Below, piece by piece: positions 1 to 10,902 of a stretch of 64,000 nucleotides of DNA. This DNA comes from Patescibacteria group bacterium. GTDB taxonomy: Bacteria; Patescibacteriota; Kazan-3B-28; UBA10110. The notes under the pieces were generated by a model, which saw nothing but the letters and a program-made list of their open reading frames with translations, had not been told where the DNA came from and made no database searches. Each line of letters starts with the position of its first letter. Positions within the stretch are counted from its first letter, which is position 1. The translations under genes were made by a program, and so were the position numbers. The stretch spans positions 5,726 through 69,725 of the forward strand of contig JAFGPN010000004.1 in assembly GCA_016936175.1 (NCBI GenBank), written 5' to 3'.

Positions 1-2515
1 TGCCGTTTTTGGTTGTCGGACGAGCAGTCTCAGGGGTCATCAAGTCGTCGTCCTCCTGGGCCATCACCGTAAACGAAACCACCTTATCGCCCCTATCAGA
101 CGATTTAAACCGCATCAGGGTAACTCCTTGTGTAATCCGGCCTAACATCGGGACACCTTTTAGTGGCATCCGAATTACCTGCCCGTTTTTGGAGGTGATA
201 ATCAAATCGGCATTTAACGTCCGTGCAACCAGTTGACCACCAATTACCTTGCCAGTTTTCTCGTTGACGTTAAAGGTCTTTACACCAATGCCACCGCGAT
301 GTTGCAAGGGGTACTGGGTTAAGCTGGTACGTTTGCCCAACCCTTTTTCCGAGATAGTCAACATGCCGTAATCACCACCGCTCATCGCCACATCGGCCGC
401 TACCACTTCGTCTTTGGGACGTAAGCGAACACCTCGCACGCCGCGCGTACTCCGACCTAACAATCTGGCGTCAACTTCTGCAAAGTGAATCGCTTGTCCT
501 TCGCGGGTTATTATCACCACCGAATCCCCTTTGCGAGATTTACTCACCCACTTTAATTCGTCGCCTTCGTCTAACTTAATTGCAATCAAACCATTGGCAC
601 GAATATTGGCGTATTTAACAGCCTCGGTTTTTTTGATTACACCACGCTTAGTAATCATCACAAAATTATCCGCGGGCTCGTATTTTTGCATCGTTAGGAT
701 GCCCGTAACAATCTCTTCGGGCCCTAACTGAATTACGTTTACCATCGCGCTACCTTTGGCAATCCGCGAAGCTTGCGGAATTTCGTAGACCCGTTGCCGA
801 AAAACTCGTCCACGATTAGTAAAGAACAGGATGTCATCATGATTTTTGGCGACCTGAATTCTATCAATCTGATCTTCGTCTTTGGTCGTCATCCCAATGA
901 TTCCTTTACCGCCTCGCTTTTGGGCCTTATAGGCAGTTACCGGCTGACGTTTGATATAACCACCCTTGGTAATGGTAATTACCACTTCTTCGTTTGGCAC
1001 TAAATCTTCTTCGCTAAACTGACCCAAAGTTTTTTGCATTACTTTAGTCCGTCTCTCGTCACCGTATTTATCCTTTAATTCAAGCGACTCCGTTTTAATA
1101 ATCCCCATAATCCGCGCGTCCGAAGCCAGGATATCTTTTAGCTCTTTGATTAGTGTTTTCTTTTCTTTATATTCGTCCTCGACTTTTTTCCGCTCCAAGC
1201 CAGCCAAAGCCTGCAGGCGCATCTCCAATATCGCTGTCGATTGAGCTTCCGACAGCTTAAACTTCTTCATCAAATTAGCGTGGGCCTCTTCTTTGGTCGC
1301 CGACTGTTTAATGGTCTTGATTACCGCATCCAGATTGTCGAGCGCAATCTTGAGCCCTTCTAAAATATGAGCGCGCTCCTGGGCCTTAGCTAGATCATAT
1401 TGGGTCCGTCGCGTTACTACCTGCCGACGATGATCGATAAAGTATTGCAGTGTAGATTTTAAATCCAGCACCTGCGGCTGGATGCCGTCCACTAATGCCA
1501 GGTTATTAACATGAAACGAAGACTGCATCGCCGTTTGCTTAAACAGCTGATTTAAAACTTTTTTGGGATAGGCATCCTTCTTCAGCTCGATTACTATCCG
1601 AATGCCGTCCCGGTCTGATTCATCTCTCAGGTCCGATACACCGATTAGCTTCTTGGTCTTAACTAAATCCGCAATCTTTTCGACCAAGGTAGATTTATTA
1701 ACCTGATACGGCAGTTCGGTAACCAAAATTCTAAAACCGCGATTGGTCTCTTCGATCTCCGCTACCGCGCGCATAACAATGCTGCCCTTGCCCGTTAGAT
1801 AGGCCTGCTTAATCTCGTTCGGATTATAGATAACTCCGCCAGTCGGAAAATCTGGCCCCTTAATATATTCCATTAGATCTTCCGATGAGCTACCAGGATC
1901 ATCCACCAAGTGCGCGATGGCATCCATTAGCTCACCTAAGTTATGAGGTGGCACGCTAGTCGCCATTCCCACGGCAATGCCCATCGTTCCGTTTAACAAT
2001 AGCTGAGGCACTTTGGCTGGCAAAACCTTGGGCTCTTTGCGCGTTCCATCATAGTTGTCCATAAAATCAACCGTATCGTGATCAATATCAGCTAACATCT
2101 CCTCGGCCATCTTAGTCATCTTGGCCTCGGTATAACGCATAGCCGCCGCGCCGTCACCATCCACCGAGCCAAAGTTTCCCTGACCATCTACTAATGGATA
2201 CCTCATCGAAAAATCTTGGGCTAACCGCACCAATGTATCGTAGGCCGCCAAATCGCCATGGGGATGATATTTACCCAATACTTCACCGACTACGGTGGCA
2301 GATTTTCTATACTTGGCAGTTGGGTGTAGCCCCATCTCGTTCATGGCATACAGCACCCGACGATGGACTGGCTTTAATCCATCTCTCACATCCGGTAAGG
2401 CGCGGGCCACGATTACGCTCATGGCGTAACTTAAATAGGATTGCCGAATCTCTTCTTCCAAGATCCGCGGCATCACTTTACCAATTAAATCTTTTTCTTC
2501 GTGGTCCTTCTTCAT
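1..2515 (-). CDS. gyrA: DNA gyrase subunit A (C-terminal end runs off the window start)
   Basis: Own reverse translation from ATG at 2515 gives [58 protein letters not shown]...KYHPHGD...AAMRYTE. The frame stays open to position 1. It is absent from the ORF track because no stop lies inside the window. Confidence 0.95.
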   Translation of the reverse strand, partial: MKKDHEEKDLIGKVMPRILEEEIRQSYLSYAMSVIVARALPDVRDGLKPVHRRVLYAMNEMGLHPTAKYRKSATVVGEVLGKYHPHGDLAAYDTLVRLAQDFSMRYPLVDGQGNFGSVDGDGAAAMRYTEAKMTKMAEEMLADIDHDTVDFMDNYDGTRKEPKVLPAKVPQLLLNGTMGIAVGMATSVPPHNLGELMDAIAHLVDDPGSSSEDLMEYIKGPDFPTGGVIYNPNEIKQAYLTGKGSIVMRAVAEIEETNRGFRILVTELPYQVNKSTLVEKIADLVKTKKLIGVSDLRDESDRDGIRIVIELKKDAYPKKVLNQLFKQTAMQSSFHVNNLALVDGIQPQVLDLKSTLQYFIDHRRQVVTRRTQYDLAKAQERAHILEGLKIALDNLDAVIKTIKQSATKEEAHANLMKKFKLSEAQSTAILEMRLQALAGLERKKVEDEYKEKKTLIKELKDILASDARIMGIIKTESLELKDKYGDERRTKVMQKTLGQFSEEDLVPNEEVVITITKGGYIKRQPVTAYKAQKRGGKGIIGMTTKDEDQIDRIQVAKNHDDILFFTNRGRVFRQRVYEIPQASRIAKGSAMVNVIQLGPEEIVTGILTMQKYEPADNFVMITKRGVIKKTEAVKYANIRANGLIAIKLDEGDELKWVSKSRKGDSVVIITREGQAIHFAEVDARLLGRSTRGVRGVRLRPKDEVVAADVAMSGGDYGMLTISEKGLGKRTSLTQYPLQHRGGIGVKTFNVNEKTGKVIGGQLVARTLNADLIITSKNGQVIRMPLKGVPMLGRITQGVTLMRFKSSDRGDKVVSFTVMAQEDDDLMTPETARPTTKNG

Positions 2516-2585
2516 ACCAAGTAAGCACCTCTCCGTTAACGCTAACGGACTACTTTAGAAATCTAATTCTTAATTATATAGCTCG

Positions 2586-3593
2586 CTAAACTGACCTGTA
2601 AGAATCAATCAGCCATTTACCATCAGACTGCTTGAGCATAACAAATAATCGTTTGTCTGTAACGGTCACTCCGTCTGGGGTCTCCTTAGTCAGCGTGGCA
2701 TCTATCTCAATCTTGGTGTCGCTGAGTTTTCTGGTATCAGCAATCTTATAGCTTTTAATCTCCGAGGTTTCTTCTTGAACTGCCCCTGGCTGGAAATCGG
2801 CCTCGGCCGCCGGAGTTAGGTATAGCCGCATCGCCACCACATCTTTGCCCACGTAAGCCTGCATAAACTTGGTAGTAACGTCGTTGGCTGCTGTTTTCTC
2901 GGCATCATCCTCGTCGCTCTTAGTCTTTTGCTCATCAAGATAGGTCTGTACAAAATCCTCAACCTCAGAGGCGATAGCAAATAGCTCTCGCGATAATGTG
3001 GTGGTGATTACACTCCCCTTGTCTGCCACCAACAGATTATCGTAAGACTCATTCATCGCTTCGCTTAAGGTTTTAAGCGTATCGATATCTTTCATCTCTT
3101 TAATCAGAGAACTGCGACCTTTTTCGATAACTCGACCCATCTCTCTTAAATAAGCGATGTAATCATCCAAAAAGGTAGTTAACCGACTGTTAAACACATT
3201 GCCAGAAAGCGAATAGCCACCTGGGCTATCTAGCTTGTACAACACATCCCGAAGCTGACCATTGGTTTTATTTAAAGCAGTTTCGAAACTACTACTGCCC
3301 TCCAAGGCCATATCCTCAAACTTATTTAAATCGGCAAAACTATTGGTCAATTGATTAGTGGCTATTACCACCGTGTTCCACTGCTCGCTAATAGTTTTAG
3401 TCCCTGCCCCGGTTTGGCTTTGAACTGTGTAGTAATAATAAGAGGCCAACCCACCAATCATTACAATCAAGACCCCTGCAAAGATGGTGGCAAGAATAGT
3501 TAAAGCTGGCGGGCGAGTTGCCCGACGGATATTCTCCGCTTCCTCGTAGATAACCTCATCAGAGCCGCTATCGGCTGGGTCCTCAGAAACCAT
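2586..3593 (-). CDS. hypothetical membrane-anchored protein
   Basis: 335-aa ORF with one N-terminal hydrophobic anchor (ALTILATIFAGVLIVMIGGLASYYYY) followed by a soluble domain. No family recognised. Confidence 0.55.
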   Translation of the reverse strand: MVSEDPADSGSDEVIYEEAENIRRATRPPALTILATIFAGVLIVMIGGLASYYYYTVQSQTGAGTKTISEQWNTVVIATNQLTNSFADLNKFEDMALEGSSSFETALNKTNGQLRDVLYKLDSPGGYSLSGNVFNSRLTTFLDDYIAYLREMGRVIEKGRSSLIKEMKDIDTLKTLSEAMNESYDNLLVADKGSVITTTLSRELFAIASEVEDFVQTYLDEQKTKSDEDDAEKTAANDVTTKFMQAYVGKDVVAMRLYLTPAAEADFQPGAVQEETSEIKSYKIADTRKLSDTKIEIDATLTKETPDGVTVTDKRLFVMLKQSDGKWLIDSYRSV

Positions 3594-3713
3594 AAAATAT
3601 AGCCTCCTTTACTGCCCTTATTATACCTGAAAATTATCCCATAAAAAAGCTGGCTCGTAGTGGGGTAGAGCCAGCGCTGTCTCGGGTTGCGGTCGTGAGT
3701 GGATACATGAACT

Positions 3714-4268
3714 CTATGGATAGCTGTTTACAGCATTACTGAAATGGATCCAGCTGATTATGACGTAGGTGCCAAACACTACTAACGCGACAAAGATCCA
3801 GACTGCGATCTGCCAGCCTCGCTGGGATCGCCAGAACTCATTAATGCTCGTATATGGTTTGGCCTTCCAGGCATACTCGTTACCCTTTGCCCCCAACACG
3901 ATATCGATAATGAATCCGGCGAATCCCCAGGTCAGTAGCCAACCCAACAGGCTGGCTATGCCCCAGATGGGCAAATTGTTGAAAAAACACCAGAGCCAAC
4001 CAAAAATGAAAGCCGGCCAACTCCATCGCCTGATCTCCAGCGGAACCCCTCCGTTATCTGCTTGGTTGGACTGGACGGCTACCGTTTGCCTAACTCTTGG
4101 TTGTTGCCGGAGTTGTTGCTCTCGCTCCCTTTGTATCCGGTTAGCCTGAACTCGCCGATATTCGCTAACGTTAATCCCACAATCAACGCAGTAACGGACA
4201 CCCCACTCTGGATGAATCGAGATGTCCTTATGACACTGAGGACAAGATATATCTTCTCCTGCCGACAA
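3714..4268 (-). CDS. zinc-ribbon membrane protein, function unknown
   Basis: 184 aa. It has an N-terminal CPQC...CVDCG zinc ribbon, a Gln/Arg-rich linker and Trp-rich C-terminal TM segments. Confidence 0.55.
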   Translation of the reverse strand: MSAGEDISCPQCHKDISIHPEWGVRYCVDCGINVSEYRRVQANRIQREREQQLRQQPRVRQTVAVQSNQADNGGVPLEIRRWSWPAFIFGWLWCFFNNLPIWGIASLLGWLLTWGFAGFIIDIVLGAKGNEYAWKAKPYTSINEFWRSQRGWQIAVWIFVALVVFGTYVIISWIHFSNAVNSYP

Positions 4269-4346
4269 TTGCGGTCACCTCCTTATCTGTATCTGTAGTG
4301 CCTATATGTCAACCGTCTAATCTACCACAAATTACAACGGATTGGT

Positions 4347-5261
4347 CTACCCGGCGCTAATATAGCGAATCTCTGGCTCCAGGGTAGTTCCCATCCGTTT
4401 TTTGACCGCCTCAATCACCTTAGCCGCTAGCTTCTTTACATCTTTTGATTTTGCCCCACCGATATTTACCAAAAAATTAGGGTGTTTGGTAGAGATGCGC
4501 GCTCCACCCACCGTTACCCCGCGCATCCCAGCCGCATTAATCAGCTTCCAGGCCGCCTCACCAGGTGGATTTTTAAAAAAACTACCGGCACAAGCCGCAT
4601 GGGGATGTTTGCCCCACCGCAACTGTTTCTCTTCATCGATGGCTTTCAATATTCTATTTTTGTTATCTGGCAACAATTTAAATCGCGCGCTCAATACAAT
4701 CAGATGCGGCTTGGCTTTTAATTCCGAACTGCGATATGTAAAATCTAACTCCTTAGGGCTAACGGTGGCAACCTTCCCAGTTTTGGCGTTAAATAAATCA
4801 ACCTCGATCAAAGTTTCGGCAATCGCTTTGCCATAACAACCGGCATTGCCAACGATTGCGCCGCCCACACTGCCCGGGATATTGGCCAAAAAATCTAGGC
4901 CGCCCAAGTTATACATCGCCGCATGTTTAACTAATCGATTAAGCGAACAGCCCGCCCACGCCATGGCGGTGGTGGCGGTTTTATCTACTTCGATATTATT
5001 GGCCAAATAACGCACCACCAGCCCTCGGAATCCGGCATCATCAAACAATAAATTGCTGGCGGCGCCAATCACCAGATACCGCAGTTTTAACTGGTGTGCC
5101 AATTTAACTATCTCAACCAATTGGGTGGGATTTTTAGCTTCAATCAATAAATCAGCTGGCCCACCGATCTTAAACGTACAGTAACGCGAAAGTGGAACCC
5201 GACGTTTAATTACGCCAGGATATTTTTTTGCAAACTCGTTGTATTTTTTAGCATCAGTCAC
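4347..5261 (-). CDS. murB: UDP-N-acetylenolpyruvoylglucosamine reductase
   Basis: 304 aa with FKIGGPADLL, GSVGGAIVGNAGCYG and GSFFKNP motifs typical of MurB. Confidence 0.9.
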   Translation of the reverse strand: MTDAKKYNEFAKKYPGVIKRRVPLSRYCTFKIGGPADLLIEAKNPTQLVEIVKLAHQLKLRYLVIGAASNLLFDDAGFRGLVVRYLANNIEVDKTATTAMAWAGCSLNRLVKHAAMYNLGGLDFLANIPGSVGGAIVGNAGCYGKAIAETLIEVDLFNAKTGKVATVSPKELDFTYRSSELKAKPHLIVLSARFKLLPDNKNRILKAIDEEKQLRWGKHPHAACAGSFFKNPPGEAAWKLINAAGMRGVTVGGARISTKHPNFLVNIGGAKSKDVKKLAAKVIEAVKKRMGTTLEPEIRYISAG

Positions 5262-5263
5262 GT

Positions 5264-6001
5264 TTATGCCTTAACCAGTAGCATTGCGATAATTCCCAAG
5301 ATCAAAACTGCTACCTGTCCAAATCTTGCTAACAAATATTTTCCGGTTTTTAATTCGGCAAATAGATCAACCAACGCAATGTAAATAAATCCTCCAGCAC
5401 CAACTGCAATGATGTACGGCACTACCTGCTGAATAGACTGAAGAGCAAAATAGGCCACCAGACCGCCGATTACTGCTACCAGAGCGGATAATAAATTCCA
5501 CCACAGCGCTCGTGTTTTGGTAAATCCGCTATGAATCAACACCGCAAAATCGCCTAACTCCTGCGGAATTTCGTGCAAGAGCATGGCAAAAGTTGTGGCG
5601 ATACCCACCGGTATGCTCACCAAAAAAGCAGAGGCTACAATTACGCCGTCCAAAAAATTGTGAAACGCATCCCCCACTAACACCGAATAGCCAATTACTT
5701 TTTTATTCCCGCACTCGTCACAATTGTGATGATGCTCGTGATGCCAGTGTAGCACTTGCTCAAACAACAGGAACAAAATTATCCCCCCGGCAGTGTAGTA
5801 CAACGCAATATTCCCGATTGCGGTAATTCCTTCTGGAATTAAATCTAACAACCCGACCCCCAACAGGGCGCCCGCCGCAAACGCCACTAACCACGGCATT
5901 GATTTATTTAGGGCCTTCTCACTAAACGCAAAATACAACGCTCCAATCAACGAAACCGCGCTAATGATTAATAAACTAATTAAAATGTAAAGTAATGTCA
6001 T
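5264..6001 (-). CDS. ZIP family metal transporter (ZupT-like)
   Basis: 245 aa and multi-TM, with a His-rich loop (HWHHEHHHNCDEC) and HNFLDG and HEIPQELGDF motifs. Confidence 0.8.
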   Translation of the reverse strand: MTLLYILISLLIISAVSLIGALYFAFSEKALNKSMPWLVAFAAGALLGVGLLDLIPEGITAIGNIALYYTAGGIILFLLFEQVLHWHHEHHHNCDECGNKKVIGYSVLVGDAFHNFLDGVIVASAFLVSIPVGIATTFAMLLHEIPQELGDFAVLIHSGFTKTRALWWNLLSALVAVIGGLVAYFALQSIQQVVPYIIAVGAGGFIYIALVDLFAELKTGKYLLARFGQVAVLILGIIAMLLVKA

Positions 6002-6004
6002 TGG

Positions 6005-6430
6005 TTATTCGGTAGATACTGGGATGGTGCCACATTTTGTGGCGGCTTGGGCGGCTTTTACGGCATCATCCAAATTGGGCTCGACCGTCCAAACTTGGCG
6101 GCCGTCCTTAAGCCAGAGATCAACATTACGATCGTGCGTCTGCGAAATTCTTAAAACTTCGCAGTTTTTTATCATCGATAGCGCCTGATTCCATTCAATC
6201 ATTTCACTGCCAGTCGAATCACTCCCCTGCCCTGGCAGATTTTGATTATCCGAAGAAATGCAGGCCGTGGTCGGCATAGGTGCACTCGGGTTTCCGTGTT
6301 TTATCCACTGATTATTCTGACAGAGCCAGGTGTCTTCGTCACCGCTACCCAATCTCAGCCCCACCACCGTAGCGCCTGATATCGCCAAAATTAGCACCAA
6401 AACCCACAAGAATTTATCCAATCTGTCCAT
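6005..6430 (-). CDS. hypothetical exported/anchored protein
   Basis: 141 aa with an N-terminal signal-anchor helix. No family recognised. Confidence 0.5.
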   Translation of the reverse strand: MDRLDKFLWVLVLILAISGATVVGLRLGSGDEDTWLCQNNQWIKHGNPSAPMPTTACISSDNQNLPGQGSDSTGSEMIEWNQALSMIKNCEVLRISQTHDRNVDLWLKDGRQVWTVEPNLDDAVKAAQAATKCGTIPVSTE

Positions 6431-6540
6431 CTCCCATCATTTTACCATCACCACATTCAACGGCAGGGCACTTTTTATTTTGGACATGTCGTGTCGTAAG
6501 CCGTAAAATCAGATATCCGAACCACAGGTATTTTAATCTG

Positions 6541-6638
6541 GTCATTGCGAGGAGTTGTTAACAACGACTAAGCAATCTCGAGATTGCCACCTTCCGGGGC
6601 AGAGCCCTCCAGGGCGAAGCCGCTTCGCTCGCAATGAC
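6541..6638. repeat. long inverted repeat of the short-hairpin family (gtcattgcgag ... ctcgcaatgac)
   Basis: The 11-nt arms at 6541-6551 and 6628-6638 are exact reverse complements. The repeat sits in the gap downstream of rarA. Confidence 0.7.
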
Positions 6639-6651
6639 ATGAGCGGAAAAA

Positions 6652-7809
6652 TTATACTGATTTCTCATGTGACATTTTTTCAATTGGGGCAAAGTAATGT
6701 TTGCCTTTTAGCTGCTCGGGTAGATAACTTTCTTTGTCATATTTTTCGTAGCCAGCGCCATAACCCAAACTCTTCATTAATTTGGTTGGCGCGTTGCGCA
6801 CTTTAAGCGGAATCGGCAGATTACCGTGCTGTTTTACATCTTCAATCGCCGCAAAATAAGCATCGTACGAGCTTCTATCTTTGGGACACCGTGCCAAATA
6901 CACTACACCGTGCGCCAGATTAATGGCACACTCTGGGAGCCCTATAGTTTCGACCGACCGAAACACCTCGTTTGCTACCACCAGAGCCGTCGGCTGAGCC
7001 ATCCCGATATCTTCTGAGGCAAAAACTACCATCCTTCGGGCAATAAATTTAGGGTCTTCTCCCGCTTCCACCATTCGAGCCAAATAGTACAGGGCGGCAT
7101 CGGGTTGGCTAGCGCGCATGCTTTTTATAAACGCGCTAATGGTGTTAAAGTGCTCATCCCCTTGCTTATCAAATCGCAGAAATTTATTTTGCAGGGTGTT
7201 GGTTAAACTCTCAACCGTTACCTTGCCATAAAAGTTTCGCGTATTTTCTAACATCGTAATCGCTTGGCGAGCGTCTCCGTTCGCCATATTAATTAACCAG
7301 TCGCGCGCTTCTTCATCTAACTTTATTTCGGAACGAGCGATAATCTGCAACATTTCGTCATGCGATAGCTCGTTTAAAACAAAAACTCGACAGCGAGAAA
7401 GTAGCGCGGGAATTACCTCGAAGCTAGGATTCTCCGTGGTAGCACCGATTAAAGTTAGCTCTCCCCGCTCCACATACGGCAACAAAAAATCCTGCTGGGC
7501 CTTGTTAAACCGATGGATCTCATCCAAAAACAACACCCGCGGCTTGATAGTGGGCTGACCAACTAATTTACGAATATCGTCCTTGCCAGACGAAACGGCC
7601 GACAGCTCCGTCAGCTCGACATCTAAAGCTTTAGCATAGATCTTGGCCAATGTGGTTTTGCCCACCCCCGGCGGCCCCCACAAGATAAACGAAAACAAAT
7701 GCTTATTTTCTATGGCGATTCGGAGGGGTTTGCCCTCGCCTACCAGATGAGTCTGCCCAATAAACCCAGATAGATCTTGTGGCCTAATTTGAGATGCTAA
7801 TGGCTCCAT
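6652..7809 (-). CDS. rarA: replication-associated recombination protein A (AAA ATPase)
   Basis: 385 aa with Walker A GPPGVGKTTLA, LFLDEIHRFNK and a C-terminal MgsA-type helical domain (ALYYLARM). Confidence 0.9.
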   Translation of the reverse strand: MEPLASQIRPQDLSGFIGQTHLVGEGKPLRIAIENKHLFSFILWGPPGVGKTTLAKIYAKALDVELTELSAVSSGKDDIRKLVGQPTIKPRVLFLDEIHRFNKAQQDFLLPYVERGELTLIGATTENPSFEVIPALLSRCRVFVLNELSHDEMLQIIARSEIKLDEEARDWLINMANGDARQAITMLENTRNFYGKVTVESLTNTLQNKFLRFDKQGDEHFNTISAFIKSMRASQPDAALYYLARMVEAGEDPKFIARRMVVFASEDIGMAQPTALVVANEVFRSVETIGLPECAINLAHGVVYLARCPKDRSSYDAYFAAIEDVKQHGNLPIPLKVRNAPTKLMKSLGYGAGYEKYDKESYLPEQLKGKHYFAPIEKMSHEKSV

Positions 7810-7925
7810 ACAGCCTATTATCGCACAGCTACGAATCAGGTATAATCAGGTTATATTTGTCATTCCCGGGTCGTCCCTGGCCGCACCCGAGGCGTAGCCG
7901 CGGGCAGGCTAATGGCAGTACCATT

Positions 7926-8195
7926 ATGTACTTTGTGTATATCATACGGAGTGCGACAACGAGGCGGCACTATGTGGGGCTGACTGCTGATGTTTGCAAA
8001 AGATTGGCTGCTCACAATTCTGGAACCACCAGACCAACTATCAGCGGACGCCCATGGTCGCTAATACATCAGGAAGAATTCAATACTAGGACAGAAGCCC
8101 GAGAACGAGAAAAGTATCTAAAAAGTTATGGTGGCGCCGGTGAGAAACAGGCTATAATCAGGGCGTCCGCTGACAATTATTCCCGGGTCGTCTAA
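7926..8195 (+). CDS. GIY-YIG nuclease family protein (small, stand-alone)
   Basis: MYFVYIIRS...HYVGLT...RLAAHNSG...EAREREKYLK is a GIY-YIG-type fold pattern. I moved the start to ATG 7926, because the track start at 7794 overlaps rarA. The 3' end overlaps the first 15 nt of tRNA-Gln. Confidence 0.7.
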   Translation: MYFVYIIRSATTRRHYVGLTADVCKRLAAHNSGTTRPTISGRPWSLIHQEEFNTRTEAREREKYLKSYGGAGEKQAIIRASADNYSRVV

Positions 8196-8254
8196 GGGCA
8201 GGACACTTGGTTTTGGTCCAAGGAATCGGGGTTCAAATCCCTGCCCGGGAGCCA
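8181..8254 (+). tRNA. tRNA-Gln (anticodon UUG), CCA encoded
   Basis: Manual cloverleaf. The acceptor stem tcccggg/cccggga has 7 perfect bp. D arm is gtc-taagggcag-gac, the anticodon arm is cttgg-ttTTGgt-ccaag, and the T arm is cgggg-ttcaaat-ccctg. Discriminator g is followed by cca. Total length 74 nt. Confidence 0.9.
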
Positions 8255-8318
8255 TTCGACAAGCTCATGGCTTTGCGCCAAAATGCATGCGTGAGACGAT
8301 TTCCGATATAATAAATTT

Positions 8319-8612
8319 GTGAGTAGAGCAAATAAAATATTTCTCGGCGTATTTATAACCAGTTTGATATTAGCAGTAGCTACATATTGGTATATTCCCG
8401 CCAGCTGTCGGCCTTATTTTTCTCCGATAACCAAAATCTTACCCGGCACCAGTGACTCCGCGCCCATTGCTATGTATTCTTCGGTTATCTGTGGACAGCA
8501 ATATTGGGTGGCAGGGGTATTGTTTTGGACCTCCTTGGTTATAGCTGGAACGATGATCTTGACAGGGGGAGTTCGATATTTGGGAATTAAATTCAGGCGT
8601 TTAAAACGCTAA
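8319..8612 (+). CDS. small hypothetical membrane protein
   Basis: 97 aa with a GTG start and 2-3 hydrophobic helices. Confidence 0.45.
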   Translation: MSRANKIFLGVFITSLILAVATYWYIPASCRPYFSPITKILPGTSDSAPIAMYSSVICGQQYWVAGVLFWTSLVIAGTMILTGGVRYLGIKFRRLKR

Positions 8613-8813
8613 AATATCAGTAGCTTCAACTTAAGAGGATTAAATGCCCCACCCTGCAACCCATTGACCAGGGGCGAGTTCTCGGTGTATGCTAGCCCTC
8701 TTGATTACCGCACCTTGAATTTAGACTCTGGCGTAGAACTACGCAGGCACAAGAAGGACGGACACTTCTGCAAAGCACCGCAACTGCGGTGTTGGTAACA
8801 GGAGCAGATATAT

Positions 8814-9413
8814 ATGACGAAAAATGACAACGATCGTTCGCAACCTGTTGTTGTAACAGCAAGTGATTCCCTCCTCCATCCCCTTGATCACGTCTACTCG
8901 CTTACTCGGGGACTCAAATATGTGAGTCCCGTACTTTTTCCTATGGCGGGTGATGAATCTCTCGCACCTCTCTCTTCTCTAATTAAGTGCGGATTCGGTT
9001 TGGAGAAGCTACATCGGTATCGGTATCAGTATCGGTACCTTGAAGCAACGGTACATACCCCCGATTTGATTGTGCGTGGGTTCGAGCTACAGAGAAACGC
9101 TCGCAGTCTGGATGTATTCAGCGAGTTGCTGAACAGGGAGTGTCGCGGCTTTGAAGACATCAATATTTTACTCGCCTATATCATCCAACTGATTGAACAT
9201 CAGCTCAAATACAAAGAGACTGAACTGCCGGATCATGAACACTTCCATATTTTCTACCACAGTAAAGAAATTGTTTCTTACGTACACTGGCTGTCTGGTC
9301 AATGGAATATTGATATTGGTGAGTTCAGTGGTAGTGATTGGAGCGCAGACACCCGAGTCTTCGCCCCGATGGCGGAGTCTGGGCTAATCATGGAGTTACT
9401 TGGTGGCTCTTAA
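8814..9413 (+). CDS. hypothetical protein (ORFan)
   Basis: 199-aa ORF followed by a hairpin plus T-tract terminator. No motif recognised. Confidence 0.55.
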   Translation: MTKNDNDRSQPVVVTASDSLLHPLDHVYSLTRGLKYVSPVLFPMAGDESLAPLSSLIKCGFGLEKLHRYRYQYRYLEATVHTPDLIVRGFELQRNARSLDVFSELLNRECRGFEDINILLAYIIQLIEHQLKYKETELPDHEHFHIFYHSKEIVSYVHWLSGQWNIDIGEFSGSDWSADTRVFAPMAESGLIMELLGGS

Positions 9414-9435
9414 CCTTTTCGTCTCCCACCCCCTA

Positions 9436-9484
9436 CCTCTCAAGTCTTTGGATGGTAACATCTTTAGAACTTGGGAGGTTTTTT
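9436..9484 (+). terminator. intrinsic terminator
   Basis: A 10-bp stem (cctctcaagt / acttgggagg) is followed by tttttt. Confidence 0.6.
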
Positions 9485-9830
9485 AACGTTTCAACTTAAG
9501 CCGTATCCCCCCAGTCCAAAGTTCTAAACTTATCCATTAGGGGGAGCCAAGACCAAATTAGTCGCTTACAGAGCGAGTTTTTAGTTTGTGTAATAATGTA
9601 TTTATGGTTTTTGATATTGAACTTACTTTAAATAGATGGGGATTTGGCAAAATTGCTGAAAACAAGTTTCAGTTTCTTTGCTTTAGGTTTTCCAAATGGG
9701 ATATCCCTAACAAATACTCAATCTCTTTTGAGATAAATTGGCGGACTAAAGAAAAGGGCTAATTCCCCCAACTCTTTTCTCACCTTTACCCAATCAATAG
9801 TTCTAAGACGGTCCACCAGGGGGAGGCACT

Positions 9831-9867
9831 GAAAAATAAACCGCTCTGGGAGCGGTTTATTTATTTT
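9831..9867. terminator. bidirectional intrinsic terminator
   Basis: The hairpin aaaccgctc-tggg-agcggttt is flanked by an A-run on the left and a T-rich run on the right. It sits at the 3' end of the minus-strand gene 9881-10840. Confidence 0.65.
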
Positions 9868-9880
9868 GGTAAGTCAGCAA

Positions 9881-10840
9881 TTACGATTCTTGGGGCAGTT
9901 TCTGATAAATACTGGCGTAATGTTCTGTAGAGTAATAGCCTGTTGGTTTATCATATTTCACCGCTGCTAATTGTTGCGGATGCACATCGCTTTCGTATGA
10001 GATAAGTATTCCGTTATGTTTTAGCACTCTAGTGATCTCTTCGGCGAGGCGACTTGAGTATTCCCTTTTCTTATCACGGATGTAATCCGAATCGGTTGAA
10101 AAGGGCATGGTCTCTAATCCTGATGCAACGATTACCCCCACCGATCCATCTTCTAATCGACTGATACAATCTAACATGTCGCCCATTATATGGGTCTCGG
10201 TCTCGTCTGTAGAAATAATCCTTGATTCCTTATTGACGATGCTCTCAGCAGGCTCACTGGCCACGCGGTGTGGCTTTCTTTCGGCTTCCAACATAGCCGC
10301 TATCCGCTCTTTGCTCAAATCTTCTGTTGCGTAATCGCTTGTAGGTGCCATATATGCCCGTGATTTTGGGCCTGTGTTTTTTCCTGCCACCGGTACGTCG
10401 CCACTTGGATCAGACAGTATCGCGTCTATCTCTTCTGCAGTTAAATCGCCCACTGCCAGACTTGGGGTATTGGAGCGATGTAGGTCAACTCCAATGTAGT
10501 GTTTAGCACCCCACTCCACAGCGGCGACGTAAGGCACTTCTCTAGATGAGCCACAACCAAGATCGAGCACTGTTTGACCATCTGCTCGTTCCTTTACCAA
10601 TGACGTCAGGCCCTCTTTGTTCAACCAATGTGGGAGATGTTCTGAATACGGTTCACCCATTTCTACAAATTTGTCTGGCAAATCAATCGGCTCTTTGTCT
10701 TCAGGCCGGGGCGCTCTGACAAAAAGCTCTCTGGTAGCTTCGGCTATTTTTTGCTCTCGAGTCTTTTCATTAGAGCCCGCCCCTCCTGAATCGGGAGAGG
10801 GAACCTGACTGAACGAACTGTTATTTTCAGGACTTTTCAT
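9881..10840 (-). CDS. class I SAM-dependent methyltransferase-like protein
   Basis: 319 aa with glycine-rich motif I (VLDLGCGSS) and a downstream acidic loop (IGVDL). The rest is unrecognised. Confidence 0.5.
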   Translation of the reverse strand: MKSPENNSSFSQVPSPDSGGAGSNEKTREQKIAEATRELFVRAPRPEDKEPIDLPDKFVEMGEPYSEHLPHWLNKEGLTSLVKERADGQTVLDLGCGSSREVPYVAAVEWGAKHYIGVDLHRSNTPSLAVGDLTAEEIDAILSDPSGDVPVAGKNTGPKSRAYMAPTSDYATEDLSKERIAAMLEAERKPHRVASEPAESIVNKESRIISTDETETHIMGDMLDCISRLEDGSVGVIVASGLETMPFSTDSDYIRDKKREYSSRLAEEITRVLKHNGILISYESDVHPQQLAAVKYDKPTGYYSTEHYASIYQKLPQES

Positions 10841-10902
10841 TTCTTATCATTATATCATAAATAACGGTATTTATCAAGGGTACAAATACATTAGGTAGGT
10901 TC

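Noticed and set aside
7794-7925. Long N-terminal extensions offered by the ORF track (7794 for GIY-YIG, 45464 for the IPK-like gene, 58431 for ftsI, 51092 for murG, 36648 for the bactofilin-like gene, 38203 for the aaRS-like gene, 27282 for the DGR target, 61854 for the TrmB-like gene)
   Set aside because: The extensions overlap upstream genes, promoters or repeat hairpins. Downstream ATGs give canonical N-termini and in several cases have good RBSs.
9604-9759. 51-codon ORF (MVFDIELTLNRWGFGKIAENKF...) in the AT-rich spacer
   Set aside because: It is too short, has no recognisable RBS or motif, and may be a gene remnant. It is noted only within the island observation.
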